From a virus, in IMG/VR virus record IMGVR_UViG_3300045974_000166, positions 1 to 64,000 of that record: a stretch of 64,000 nt of DNA; one strand, 5' to 3'. Position numbers and translations under genes: made by a program. The stretch's first letter is position 1. Every line of letters starts with the position of its first letter. The notes beneath the pieces are model-generated. The model made no database searches. It had not been told where the DNA came from and saw only the letters and a list, made by a program, of their open reading frames with translations. This document shows, in pieces, positions 8,273-18,229 of this stretch.

Positions 8273-11200
8273 ATGCTTGGCTTTAGCCCAATTGCAGGTA
8301 CACCGGCTGCGGCTCTACCTGTAGCGGCCACGGCTAGCCCAAATGCAACAGTAAACATTATCGGTGTACCAGGCACCGGCTCAGTAGGAATGGTTTCTGC
8401 TGCTGGCACTGCTGGTGCAGTTAATGCTAATATCACAATTACGGGTACATCGGCCGCAGCAGCGGCCGCTTCCATTTCTACTTCTGGTTCCGCATCAATA
8501 GCTTCTCCATCTGTGTCTTCGGTGGGTGCTTCGGGAACAGTTACAACTATAGGATCCGCAAATACAACTACTACTGGTGTTTCCGGTTCTGGTTCAGTTG
8601 GTACTTTAAGTGCATCTGGATCATCAGTAGTTAATGGAAATGCTACAATCACAGGTGTTTCAACCGCAGCCACATCTTCTGCAGTTACCAGTACAGGATC
8701 TGCAAATAGATCTATTACGGGTGTTTCTGGATCTGGTTCAGTTGGTACGACTACTACCTCTGGATTTGCAAATACATCTATAGTAACAGTTTCTGGAACT
8801 GGTTCAGTTGGTACGACTACTACCTCTGGATTTGCAAATACATCTATAGTAACAGTTTCTGGAACTGGTTCAGTTGGTACTTTAAGCGCAAAAGCCGATG
8901 TAGCTACAAGTGTGACAGGAGTCCCCAGTAGTGCTTTAGTTGGAACAGTTACAACTACAGGATCTGCAAATAGATCTATTACGGGTGTTTCTGGTTCTGC
9001 TTTAGTTGGTACGACTACTACTTTTGGATTTGCGAATACATCTATAGTAACAGTTTCTGGAACTGGTTCAGTTGGTACTTTAAGTGCATCTGGATCAACA
9101 GTAGTAAATAGCAATGCTACAATCACCGGTGTTCCTGGTAGTGCTTTAGTTGGTACGACTACTACCTCTGGATCTGCAAATAGATCTATTACTGGTATTC
9201 TAGGAACCGGTTCAGTTGGTGTCATCACAGCAAAGGCCGATGTTACCACTAGTGTCATAGGTGTTCTTGGTGCGGCAGCGGCCGGCCTTTCGGTTGCTCA
9301 AGGCACAGCAAATACAACTATTACTGGTGTTCCTGGAACTGGTTCAGTTGGTACTTTAAGTGCATCTGGATCAACCGTAGTAAATGGCAATGCTACAATC
9401 ACTGGTGTTTCAGGTTCAGCTGTCTCAGGAACGGTAATTGCAGGACTATCTGCCACGGTTGCCATTACTAATGCATATGCTTCTGGCCAAGTTGCTGTCT
9501 TTGATCGCGATCGTGAACAGGTATCTTTGCTGCTGCACTTCGATACTATATCAACACCTCTTGTAATAACTGACTCTAGTTTACGACCTAAGGTAATAAC
9601 CGGTGCGGTTGCGCTGCATGACTATGTAACTTCGACTCCAACCTATATTGGGGCCGGATCATTTTATAACGATGGTAATGGTGTCTTACTCACTCCTCCA
9701 ACATCTGATTTTGACTTTGCCGACAAACCATTCACTATTGAAGCATGGGTCAATTACATCGGCTCTGATGTTCTAGTTAATCAGGATATTTTTGCTTTAT
9801 ATGATCGGATAGGGTATAGACCGGTAACTTTGGGCATTGATGCCTGGAATCAGACACTTTCATTCTCAGCGCGTGGTCAAAATGGATCAACGTGGTCTGG
9901 GTCTGTTGCTTTCCCGTATGCAGCTGCATTCTCTCATATTGCTTTAGTTCGTTTGGGAAATACTTTCACAGTCTATGTGAATGGTGTTTCGGCTATTACC
10001 TCTTCTACAGGTTCTGGTGACCTATTAGCCGGTGTACAGACAGTATCTATAGCATCAGGGTTATTTGGTTACATAGATGAAGTTCGTGTCACCAAGAGTG
10101 TTGCTCGGTATACAAGTAACTTTACCCCTTCAACTGCACCATTCGATGTATCCGGATATGTCACCGGAACTCCGTCGGTTTATCTCCCAGCAGTATCCGG
10201 TGCAGGCCAGGTTGGGGTTCTAGTCCCAAGAGTTGATACGACTAAAGCGATTACTGGTGTTTCAGCTACGGCCGGTACAGAACGACTTGATTATACATCG
10301 ACGGATCCGTACTGGGGAAATGTACTTTATCAACTCCCATTCGATGGTTCGGCAATTGATCTAAAAGGTACTATAGCGACCTTGAATTTAGCAGGTGGAA
10401 GTCTAACTGCTCCTGGGAATTTTGGTGATTTAGCTGCATCTTTCGGTGGTGGATTTGTCGCTATTTCTCGCGGGTTCAATACGATCCCTGCCAATATGGG
10501 GTCTTCGGACTTCACTATTGAGTTCTGGTTCAAACCCACCGCAGCGGCTGGTGTACTGTTCAGTATTACCGACACCAATTTGTTTGGAACTCTACTAAGG
10601 GTAGAAATAAATGCTGGCAATGCGGTATTGGTTATGCCAGATAACGGCCTGGGAGCTTCTGTCCTTGAATCATCAATAGGAACCGTTACACTTGGTCAGT
10701 GGCATCATGTGGCGGTTTCTCGGTCGGTAGGACAAACGGCCCCGCGACTGTATATCAATGGCGTTAGAGCCACGTCAAATTCCAATACAGGCACATTCGA
10801 CTTTTTCACTTTTGTTAATGATGCAACAATATTCGTAGGTGCTCAAGACGTAGGTGTTGCAAACTTCTCGGGTTCAATCAATGATCTACGGATTACCGCA
10901 GGAGTAGCGCGGTACCCAGTAACATGCACTCCGCCTGGTAAACTACAGTACTCGGCACTTACTACCGGTACTGCCAACAATTTAATTACTACGGCATCGG
11001 CCACAGCATTGGCAACTGCTGTATTAGCTACAGGTAACTCACCAAATGCCACAGTTAATCTTGCCTCAGTAGCAAGTACAGCAGCCGTTGGTTCTGTTAC
11101 GACTCGGGTAGATGCTAGCATTACTATAAGTGGTGTTGCTGGTTCTGGTTCTGCAAATTCCGTTGTAGTTAGAGTAGATAGTACCACAGCAATATTGGGT

Positions 11201-11677
11201 GTTGCGGCGTCAGGCCAATCTGGTAGTCCAACTAACACAACTACAGCTAATATAGCGATTGCCGGCACAGCTGCAGCATCAATCGTAGGCATAATTCTAT
11301 CTAGCGCTGATGCAAGAGTCACAATCTCTGGAGTTTCTGGAACTATAACTATCGGCACAACGACCGAAAGTGCTTCCGCATCTACTAGCATCTCTGGAAC
11401 ATCAAGTACAGCAAACACAGGGATTACGACATATAGTGCCGAAGCCGCCAAGTTTATTGATGGTGTTTTTGGAACTTCGGCAATAGGTCTAGCTAAGGCA
11501 AAAGGAACTGTTGCTGGAGCAAGTGTCTACCCAGATCCGGCCCAAGTTGCTTTTGGTGTTGTATACGGCCCGACCGGAGTAGAATTTACAGGAACTTACA
11601 AAGAAAAAATTCGGTATGAATTAGAGACAGGAAGACTTTCGAAACCAGTTGGAACATCATTGGCATTTCTTTTATAA
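8273..11677 (+). CDS. large fibre/adhesin with two LamG (concanavalin A-like) domains and ~22-aa Thr/Ser/Gly/Val repeats
   Basis: LLHFD..FTIEAWV..HIALVR..YVNG..GYIDEVRVT and FTIEFWFK..WHHVAV..INGV..INDLRIT. Confidence 0.8.
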   Translation: MLGFSPIAGTPAAALPVAATASPNATVNIIGVPGTGSVGMVSAAGTAGAVNANITITGTSAAAAAASISTSGSASIASPSVSSVGASGTVTTIGSANTTTTGVSGSGSVGTLSASGSSVVNGNATITGVSTAATSSAVTSTGSANRSITGVSGSGSVGTTTTSGFANTSIVTVSGTGSVGTTTTSGFANTSIVTVSGTGSVGTLSAKADVATSVTGVPSSALVGTVTTTGSANRSITGVSGSALVGTTTTFGFANTSIVTVSGTGSVGTLSASGSTVVNSNATITGVPGSALVGTTTTSGSANRSITGILGTGSVGVITAKADVTTSVIGVLGAAAAGLSVAQGTANTTITGVPGTGSVGTLSASGSTVVNGNATITGVSGSAVSGTVIAGLSATVAITNAYASGQVAVFDRDREQVSLLLHFDTISTPLVITDSSLRPKVITGAVALHDYVTSTPTYIGAGSFYNDGNGVLLTPPTSDFDFADKPFTIEAWVNYIGSDVLVNQDIFALYDRIGYRPVTLGIDAWNQTLSFSARGQNGSTWSGSVAFPYAAAFSHIALVRLGNTFTVYVNGVSAITSSTGSGDLLAGVQTVSIASGLFGYIDEVRVTKSVARYTSNFTPSTAPFDVSGYVTGTPSVYLPAVSGAGQVGVLVPRVDTTKAITGVSATAGTERLDYTSTDPYWGNVLYQLPFDGSAIDLKGTIATLNLAGGSLTAPGNFGDLAASFGGGFVAISRGFNTIPANMGSSDFTIEFWFKPTAAAGVLFSITDTNLFGTLLRVEINAGNAVLVMPDNGLGASVLESSIGTVTLGQWHHVAVSRSVGQTAPRLYINGVRATSNSNTGTFDFFTFVNDATIFVGAQDVGVANFSGSINDLRITAGVARYPVTCTPPGKLQYSALTTGTANNLITTASATALATAVLATGNSPNATVNLASVASTAAVGSVTTRVDASITISGVAGSGSANSVVVRVDSTTAILGVAASGQSGSPTNTTTANIAIAGTAAASIVGIILSSADARVTISGVSGTITIGTTTESASASTSISGTSSTANTGITTYSAEAAKFIDGVFGTSAIGLAKAKGTVAGASVYPDPAQVAFGVVYGPTGVEFTGTYKEKIRYELETGRLSKPVGTSLAFLL
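8735..8880 (+). repeat. exact 66-bp tandem repeat (2 copies + partial) inside the adhesin gene
   Basis: GGTTCAGTTGGTACGACTACTACCTCTGG... starts at 8735, 8801 and partially at 8867. Confidence 0.9.
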
Positions 11678-11685
11678 ATGACATG

Positions 11686-11694
11686 AATTAAATA
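11686..11694 (+). promoter_or_regulatory. putative late promoter AATTAAATA
   Basis: ATTAAATA motif before 11728. Confidence 0.5.
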
Positions 11695-11727
11695 GTAATT
11701 GAAGAAAATAAAAATAATAGGAACAAA

Positions 11728-12036
11728 ATGAACTTCTTACAAAACTTAAATCTAGAAACAATTATTCTTTTAATTGCTGCTTTGGGCCTAGTCATCACAC
11801 TTATAAGATGGCACATGAAAGAAGGAGCATTTGATGCTTCACAGATTATCACTAACCCAGATGGTACCTTTTCACTTTCAAAATTTGGACAGTTAGTTTC
11901 AATGCTAACTTCTACTTGGGTTATCATCTATCAAACTCGTACCGGTGCTCTAGCAGAATGGTTATTTACTGGCTATATGCTAACCTGGGCCGGCGCCAAT
12001 GCTTTTACTAAGTATTTAGAATCAAAGAAACAATAA
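11728..12036 (+). CDS. small membrane protein (2-3 TM), holin-like candidate
   Basis: Hydrophobic helices and basic C-terminus (KYLESKKQ). Confidence 0.55.
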   Translation: MNFLQNLNLETIILLIAALGLVITLIRWHMKEGAFDASQIITNPDGTFSLSKFGQLVSMLTSTWVIIYQTRTGALAEWLFTGYMLTWAGANAFTKYLESKKQ

Positions 12037-12039
12037 GAT

Positions 12040-12648
12040 ATGGCACTAATCGTTGCAGACAGAGTTCAGGAAACTAGTACTACAGTAGGTGCTGGCGCTC
12101 TCACCCTTCTTGGCGCTACTACTGGGTATAGAGCGGCGTCTACAGTCTGTGCTAATGGAGATACATTTACCTATTATGCCGAGGATATAGATGTCTCTGG
12201 GCGTCCTCTAGGTGGTTGGGAGACGGGGCTTGGCACATGGGGTACCGGCAATATTCTAACTCGGACGACTATCTATGCATCTTCAAATGCTAATGCAGCT
12301 GTTTCGTGGGCTGCAGGTACACGAAGAATTGGTCTTGGTTTAGTATCTACTGCTGCTTTGGGTCAAGTTTCAGTAAATGGTTCACTCTCATTGACACAGG
12401 GTGGCTTTGATAGTAAACTAACAGCAGCTAATACAGTCAATCGCACTTATACTTTACCAGACAAAGATGGTACTGTGGCCATGGTATCGGACATATCTGG
12501 TAATCCAGCATTTATTGAAACGAATCAGACCGTTACTACTAGTTATACCCTAACTGCTGGCAAGAATGCCATGAGCACAGGACCGGTCACAATCAACTCT
12601 GGTGTCACCGTGACTATTCCAGCTGGTGCTATATGGGCAATCATTTAG
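12040..12648 (+). CDS. tail-fibre-associated protein
   Basis: ADRVQETSTT N-terminus; C-terminal TTSYTLTAGKNAMSTGPVTINSGVTVTIP motif common in phage fibres. Confidence 0.7.
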   Translation: MALIVADRVQETSTTVGAGALTLLGATTGYRAASTVCANGDTFTYYAEDIDVSGRPLGGWETGLGTWGTGNILTRTTIYASSNANAAVSWAAGTRRIGLGLVSTAALGQVSVNGSLSLTQGGFDSKLTAANTVNRTYTLPDKDGTVAMVSDISGNPAFIETNQTVTTSYTLTAGKNAMSTGPVTINSGVTVTIPAGAIWAII

Positions 12649-12657
12649 AGGATAATT

Positions 12658-13878
12658 ATGACAATTACGATTGATGGGAGTGGACCGGTTACTGGTGTCA
12701 ACACATTAGATTTTTCTGGTACAGCTGCAAAAATAACAGGTTATTATTCTGCGATTCATAAGTCACCAGTGCCAGCCGGTGGGGTTGTTCCTGATGTTAC
12801 ATATACAGCTACAGCTCCATCTGAATATACTGGTGGCGAAACTAAGTTTGGCCCCTGGAGACAATACCACAATGTAGCAGAATGGGGTTGGGGTATGACC
12901 TACAATACCAAGCTAGATCCTTATACAGTTTATCCACCGACTTTTGCGGCACGTGATGTTTTTAACACTACTGCTAGTGGTTGTGCGGCAATGCGGATTG
13001 ATATGGCCGAGGGCTCATCAGGTCAAAACTTTTGGTCTATGGAATTTGCTCCACTTGCTGCTACAGCTACCGTTCCAGATTGGGGTGCATCGACCCAATA
13101 CTTTTTGTTTGATTCTGGATTAATGCGAATTCGTGCGGGATTGTCTGAAGCTGCATTCGAACTTCGCACAAATAACTCGGGTGTTAGAAAGACATGGTTG
13201 ACTCGTGTGAATGCAGCTGGCCATTATCTAATCCAGGACACAACTGCTAATGTAAAAGTCATCCCATCTGAAGCCGATGGAACAACATGGTTAGATATTT
13301 CTCCTACTACAGGAAACGTTGGACTTGGTGCTGTTGCCGGCTATGGTTCAAAACTTTGGTTACAGAACGGTGCATCTGCACAAGTATCATTAGGTATGCA
13401 AAATCCGGGCCAAGGAACTGGTCAGATAGGATTTCTTACTACAGGACCTACCTTCTATGTTCGTAATTGTTATGCAGATGGGCTGCTGGCAAATGGTAGT
13501 GGCCTTGCCGTTGATACAACAAGTGTCACAGTAGAAAACCAGCTAAATGTTAATAAATCTATTAGATCAAGTGTAGCATTAACTACAACGGGAAATTATT
13601 CTATAGATTCTTCTACAGCTTATACAGTTGCTAATGGAGCATCAATAGATTTCCCAACTTTTTCTGGATTAATTGTAATTAATAACCACACCAACGGCTG
13701 GATTGGTGTCTATATTTGTGGTGGCGGTGGCGCTCCAACTACAGTTTCTACAATCGGCACTGGACCAGCAATGACAATGAGTTTTGTATCTGCTATTGGT
13801 GGGTATAGAGCAACAAACGCTTATGGTTCAACCGCCAACTTTGGCATTTTTACTGTTAGAACGAGATCTGCAGCATGA
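12658..13878 (+). CDS. putative tail fibre/receptor-binding protein
   Basis: MTITIDG start, GNVGLG repeats, fibre-cluster context. Confidence 0.65.
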   Translation: MTITIDGSGPVTGVNTLDFSGTAAKITGYYSAIHKSPVPAGGVVPDVTYTATAPSEYTGGETKFGPWRQYHNVAEWGWGMTYNTKLDPYTVYPPTFAARDVFNTTASGCAAMRIDMAEGSSGQNFWSMEFAPLAATATVPDWGASTQYFLFDSGLMRIRAGLSEAAFELRTNNSGVRKTWLTRVNAAGHYLIQDTTANVKVIPSEADGTTWLDISPTTGNVGLGAVAGYGSKLWLQNGASAQVSLGMQNPGQGTGQIGFLTTGPTFYVRNCYADGLLANGSGLAVDTTSVTVENQLNVNKSIRSSVALTTTGNYSIDSSTAYTVANGASIDFPTFSGLIVINNHTNGWIGVYICGGGGAPTTVSTIGTGPAMTMSFVSAIGGYRATNAYGSTANFGIFTVRTRSAA

Positions 13879-14264
13879 TACATAATACAGAACATCTTGA
13901 GGGTAATCAATATTTGGTTGATTATGAAAGCCTTGGAATTAGAAAGAAATCTATTTTTGTGGTTGTCCAGTCAGAGACAGAAATAGAAACAATGATTGCT
14001 GAATTGGAAGCACATGTGATTAATCCAGTTCAAGTAGTAATTCAGCCAATTTCTCCAAGACAAATTAGACAAGCATTAACTGCAACCAATTTAAGACAGA
14101 GTGTCGAAGCAGCAATTGCAGCTGGAACTCAAGATTTAAAAGATTGGTGGGAATATTCAACTTCTTTTGAACGTCTAAATCCCGAAGTGATTGCAATGGG
14201 TACTGCATTGGGTAAAACATCTGCTGAACTTGATGCTTTATGGTTGCTTGGTTCATCATTATAA
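13875..14264 (+). CDS. tail fibre assembly chaperone-like protein
   Basis: ISPRQIRQAL...WWEYSTSFER...ELDALW pattern; ATGA-coupled to fibre gene. Confidence 0.6.
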   Translation: MIHNTEHLEGNQYLVDYESLGIRKKSIFVVVQSETEIETMIAELEAHVINPVQVVIQPISPRQIRQALTATNLRQSVEAAIAAGTQDLKDWWEYSTSFERLNPEVIAMGTALGKTSAELDALWLLGSSL

Positions 14265-14276
14265 CAGGAATTCATC

Positions 14277-15338
14277 ATGGGCGGTAATTTAAAAGTCAAT
14301 GCAGTACAACTCGGAGATTCTGTCACAGATTCTCAGAATTTTATACTACAGACAAATACCGATGGTACTGCTAAACTTGCTAGAGGTTCGGCTGGAACTT
14401 TAGGTAGTGTAATAATTGTTGATGCTAATAATAGTGTGATCATCAATAGTCTAAATGGTGGACAACTCGCTGGATTCAGGAATCGGATTATTAATGGTGG
14501 GATGCAGGTAGCGCAGAGAGGCAATGTTACTCCCGGTCTTGGATCGTTAACTACATACACGCTTGATCGCTGGGCATGTTACCAAACAGGAGCAGCAGCA
14601 GCAATATCTCAAGGAACGGGGGATAGCGCAACTTTCCCCTATGCTCTGGCGTTCAGCGGGGTTGCATCCAATACAGAAGTAACACTCTTTCAGTGTATTG
14701 AGTCTGCTAACTGTTTTGATTTGTCACAGACTGGATTTACGCTGAGCGTGAAAATATACGCAAATACCGTAAAAACCATAACCATAGGATTTTCTACCCC
14801 CACAACAACCAAAGACACGTTTGGTGCGACTACGACAAATCTACCATCAGGCTCAACTACATTCAGCCATCCCGGTACGGGTTGGGTTACAACAACATTT
14901 TCTTATTCAGCAGCAAATGCAATTGCAAATGCGGCGGCTATTCAACGAGGTTTGCGAGTGCTTATCAGTTTTCCGAACTGTACCTCTGGTGTATTTGGAT
15001 TTACAGGAGTCCAACTCGAAGCAGGCTCAATAGCCACACCATTCGAGCAGCGACCTTATGGCCTTGAGTTGGCTTTGTGTCAGAGATATTACACAACCGC
15101 AACTGTTTATTTTGGAGGCCCAACTGTTGCAGGATGGTCAAACGATTGTTTTGTCTCATTTAAAAATTCTATGAGGGCAGTGCCTACTTTAACCTCTTTG
15201 GGAGGAACAGCGGCTGGCTCTGTGACTACTGTTACCACTTCCCTTATTTCAGTAGATGGGTTTAAGGCAATTACTAATAACTCAGGTACTGGTCAGGGGT
15301 CTGCAAATAATAGCTGGACTGCATCAGCAGAACTATAA
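14277..15338 (+). CDS. tail fibre protein (paralog 1)
   Basis: RNRIINGGM...VQLEAGSIATPFEQRPYGLELALCQRYY. Confidence 0.8.
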   Translation: MGGNLKVNAVQLGDSVTDSQNFILQTNTDGTAKLARGSAGTLGSVIIVDANNSVIINSLNGGQLAGFRNRIINGGMQVAQRGNVTPGLGSLTTYTLDRWACYQTGAAAAISQGTGDSATFPYALAFSGVASNTEVTLFQCIESANCFDLSQTGFTLSVKIYANTVKTITIGFSTPTTTKDTFGATTTNLPSGSTTFSHPGTGWVTTTFSYSAANAIANAAAIQRGLRVLISFPNCTSGVFGFTGVQLEAGSIATPFEQRPYGLELALCQRYYTTATVYFGGPTVAGWSNDCFVSFKNSMRAVPTLTSLGGTAAGSVTTVTTSLISVDGFKAITNNSGTGQGSANNSWTASAEL

Positions 15339-15624
15339 AGAAATAATATGCCACTAAAACTAAATACACCTTCAGGCGGATCAGTTACTTTAACTCCTGT
15401 TGATACTACGTCAAATGTTACAGTAACTATTCCAAGTACTGCAGTCACACTAGCTGCCGCGGGAGCTAATACCGATATTACAAGCCTTGCCGGGTTAACT
15501 GGTACAGTGTCCGGTCCTACAACATTGACCGGGGCGACAGCAGGGATGGCAGTCACTAATGTTTCTTCTATCAATGGTGGACAACTCGCTGGATTCAGGA
15601 ATCGGATTATTAATGGTGGGATGC
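14454..15624 (+). repeat. identical 52-bp direct repeat at 14454-14505 and 15573-15624
   Basis: AATGGTGGACAACTCGCTGGATTCAGGAATCGGATTATTAATGGTGGGATGC read in both genes. Confidence 0.9.
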
Positions 15625-16207
15625 GTGTTGCGCAACGAGGCGGAACAGCCTTGTTAACTGGGGGTATCGTATATAGTGCAGTCGATCGTATGGTTGTATT
15701 CCAAGGTGCATTGGCTGTTATATCCGGACAAGTAACTCAAGTTACCAGAACAGCACGTAAATTTGTTGGAATAACTGGACATTCATCGACTGGTGTTGGC
15801 GAAATCTATTGCACCACGCGTTTGGAATCTTCATCTGTTTCTGATATGAGTGGGAAACAGGTGGTAGTAAGTGCTAGGATTTACCAAGATAGTGGTGTAG
15901 CGCAGCTTTTCAAGCTGCGCCTAGATAAACCGACTGTACTGGACAATTTTGGAACTACATCAATAGCTGCGCAGTCTTCTACAGTTTCTGTATCATCGGG
16001 CGTAGAAACAATTATTCAATGGACTACAACACTGGCGTCAACAGACGCAGACTTAGGCTTACAGGTTTATGTAACTATGGTGATAGCTGGGTCTTTGACT
16101 GCGTCAAATATTCTTGTTAGTGATTTCCAACTCGAACTCGGCTCAGTAGCCACACCATTCGAGCAAAGACCTTATGGGATGGAGTTGGCTTTGTGTCAGA
16201 GATATTA
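15010..16207 (+). repeat. near-identical ~80-bp direct repeat at ~15010-15091 and ~16126-16207
   Basis: Shared TAGCCACACCATTCGAGCA and GAGTTGGCTTTGTGTCAGAGATATTA blocks. Confidence 0.85.
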
Positions 16208-16544
16208 TGAAGAAAGATCAAATATAGGTGGCAGTACTGGTTATATGAATCTTGCCTGGGGCGCAGCAAATACTACTAGTATGGGTACATTTTCTTTGGA
16301 CTTTCAGGTTAAGAAACGTGCAAATGTTAGTGTATCGTATTCAGCATTGTCTGACTTAGCAATCTTATATAATGGAACGGGTTCTCCAACAGTTGCAACT
16401 TCCTTATCATTGTTTGGAAGTAATACTACAACTGTAGAGATTCAAGTAGGTTGTGCTGCTATATTGCCTCTATTTTCGATTGTTTCTCTAGCTGCAAATA
16501 ATAATGCTACAACTGCAAAACTGATGTTTTCGGCCGAACTATAA
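15348..16544 (+). CDS. tail fibre protein (paralog 2)
   Basis: RNRIINGGM...FQLELGSVATPFEQRPYGMELALCQRYY. Confidence 0.8.
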   Translation: MPLKLNTPSGGSVTLTPVDTTSNVTVTIPSTAVTLAAAGANTDITSLAGLTGTVSGPTTLTGATAGMAVTNVSSINGGQLAGFRNRIINGGMRVAQRGGTALLTGGIVYSAVDRMVVFQGALAVISGQVTQVTRTARKFVGITGHSSTGVGEIYCTTRLESSSVSDMSGKQVVVSARIYQDSGVAQLFKLRLDKPTVLDNFGTTSIAAQSSTVSVSSGVETIIQWTTTLASTDADLGLQVYVTMVIAGSLTASNILVSDFQLELGSVATPFEQRPYGMELALCQRYYEERSNIGGSTGYMNLAWGAANTTSMGTFSLDFQVKKRANVSVSYSALSDLAILYNGTGSPTVATSLSLFGSNTTTVEIQVGCAAILPLFSIVSLAANNNATTAKLMFSAEL

Positions 16545-16564
16545 TCTATCATAGGTAGTCCCAA

Positions 16565-18229
16565 ATGTCTTTTGGTTCTGGTTCATTAGGTAGTTATTCT
16601 TTAGGTGGTACAGTAGTAGCATCTGGTGATGTTACATTAGCACTTTCTGGCAACCAAACATCTTCTCAAGCTGGATCAATTGCTCTTGTAAACAGTAAGC
16701 CACTTACTAGTACAACTACTACTGTTTCTATAGGAACAATTACTACAACCCAAGCTGTATCTAAAGCACTTACCGGTACAACTTCTACCACCGCAGTTAA
16801 TTCTCTTACAGTAACACAAGCAACTTCTACTGCTCTTACTAGTGTTACTACAACTTCTTCTGTAGGGACACTAACAACAAGCCAGGTCGTATCTAGAACT
16901 ATCTCGGGTGTTACTACAACTGGTGTAGCAGGTACTCAGACTTCTGCACAAGCTGTATCTAAAGCACTTACCGGTGTTGCGACCACATCTAGTCCAGATT
17001 CCCTTACAGCATCTCAAGCAACTTCTACTGCTCTTACAAGTAGTAGCACTACTGGTTCTCTTGGTTCTTTAGGCACTCTTCAAGCTGTATCTAGAACTAT
17101 CTCGGGTGTTACTACAACAACAGCACCTGGATCTATTACTACGCTTCAGGGTTCTATTATTGCTCTTACGGGCAATACTACTACTGCCGCACCAGGGTCT
17201 CTCACAACTGCTCAAGCTGTATCTAGAACTATCTCGGGTGTTACTACAACCGGTGTAGCAGGTACTCAGACTTCTGTACAAGCTGTATCTAAAGCACTTA
17301 CCGGTACAACTTCTACTAATGCTACAGGTTCTCTTGCAACTACACAAGCAACTTCTACTGCTCTTACTAGTGCTACGACTACCGGTGCTGCAGGTTCTCT
17401 TGCAACTACACAAGCAACTTCTACTGCTCTTACAGGTGTAACTACTACAGCTGTAGCTAATTCTCTTACTAAATCTAATATATTTGCTCTATCTGGAGTA
17501 AGTACTTCTGCATCCGTTGGTCTTGTTCTTAAGAATATCCAGCAACTATTAACGGGTGTTCAGACAAATACTTCTTCTGGAAGTATAACTACTACTTCTA
17601 CCAGTACCCGCGCACTAAGTTCGGTTTCTACAACCGGTCAAGCTGGTATTCCAGTCCCAGTGGGTGTAATTACGCCGATCGGTCTTTCTGGTGTTTCTAC
17701 TCTGGCCCAGTTAGGTTTCATAAGTCCAGAAACAGCAGTCGGACTATCTGGTGTTCAAAGTTCTGGTATTTCTGGATCACCACATGTTATTGGTGATTTC
17801 CCAGAGGTTACTGGAACTATACAAGAAGCTACAGAATTCGTTGCATTTACTGCTTCTTGGGTTGCTCCATATCCAGTAACTTCTTATGCATTCTCAAAGA
17901 TGATACCAGGTGTAGATTTATATGCAATAGGAAATACCGTATATGCTACAGGCCGTGGTGATGACATCTTTGAACGAACTATAGAATATGTCGACACTGA
18001 ACTTAACAACCAATCTGTCAGTAGATTTGTCGACCTTCCAAATAAATACTATGGTATCACCAAGTATGTTGCACCAGCAGAATCTATAAAGAACTTCTAT
18101 GTCATTGTTGATTACTACGACGAACTGACACTAGAAACTAAAACTATTGTAAACGAATTAAAATTCAATTACAACTATACCGTTTCAAATGCTGCTCTGA
18201 AAGATGCAGTAAAGAGGGAGATTGCATAA
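16565..18229 (+). CDS. Thr/Ser-rich repeat protein with globular C-terminal domain (gp5.1-like by position)
   Basis: ~22-aa repeats (ALTGVTTT..GSL) then a non-repetitive ~150-aa domain, coupled to PAAR gene. Confidence 0.65.
   Translation: MSFGSGSLGSYSLGGTVVASGDVTLALSGNQTSSQAGSIALVNSKPLTSTTTTVSIGTITTTQAVSKALTGTTSTTAVNSLTVTQATSTALTSVTTTSSVGTLTTSQVVSRTISGVTTTGVAGTQTSAQAVSKALTGVATTSSPDSLTASQATSTALTSSSTTGSLGSLGTLQAVSRTISGVTTTTAPGSITTLQGSIIALTGNTTTAAPGSLTTAQAVSRTISGVTTTGVAGTQTSVQAVSKALTGTTSTNATGSLATTQATSTALTSATTTGAAGSLATTQATSTALTGVTTTAVANSLTKSNIFALSGVSTSASVGLVLKNIQQLLTGVQTNTSSGSITTTSTSTRALSSVSTTGQAGIPVPVGVITPIGLSGVSTLAQLGFISPETAVGLSGVQSSGISGSPHVIGDFPEVTGTIQEATEFVAFTASWVAPYPVTSYAFSKMIPGVDLYAIGNTVYATGRGDDIFERTIEYVDTELNNQSVSRFVDLPNKYYGITKYVAPAESIKNFYVIVDYYDELTLETKTIVNELKFNYNYTVSNAALKDAVKREIA

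Noticed and set aside
8269-9258. 329-aa antisense ORF with VPTEPVPET repeats (similar shadows at 7616-8158, 10843-11451, 20957-21811)
   Set aside because: Antisense shadow of Thr/Gly/Ser repeat genes; no SD or promoter, and it lies fully opposite real late genes
14277-16544. Diversity-generating retroelement target/template pair
   Set aside because: The differences are not adenine-specific, both copies lie inside coding genes, and no reverse transcriptase is in the window
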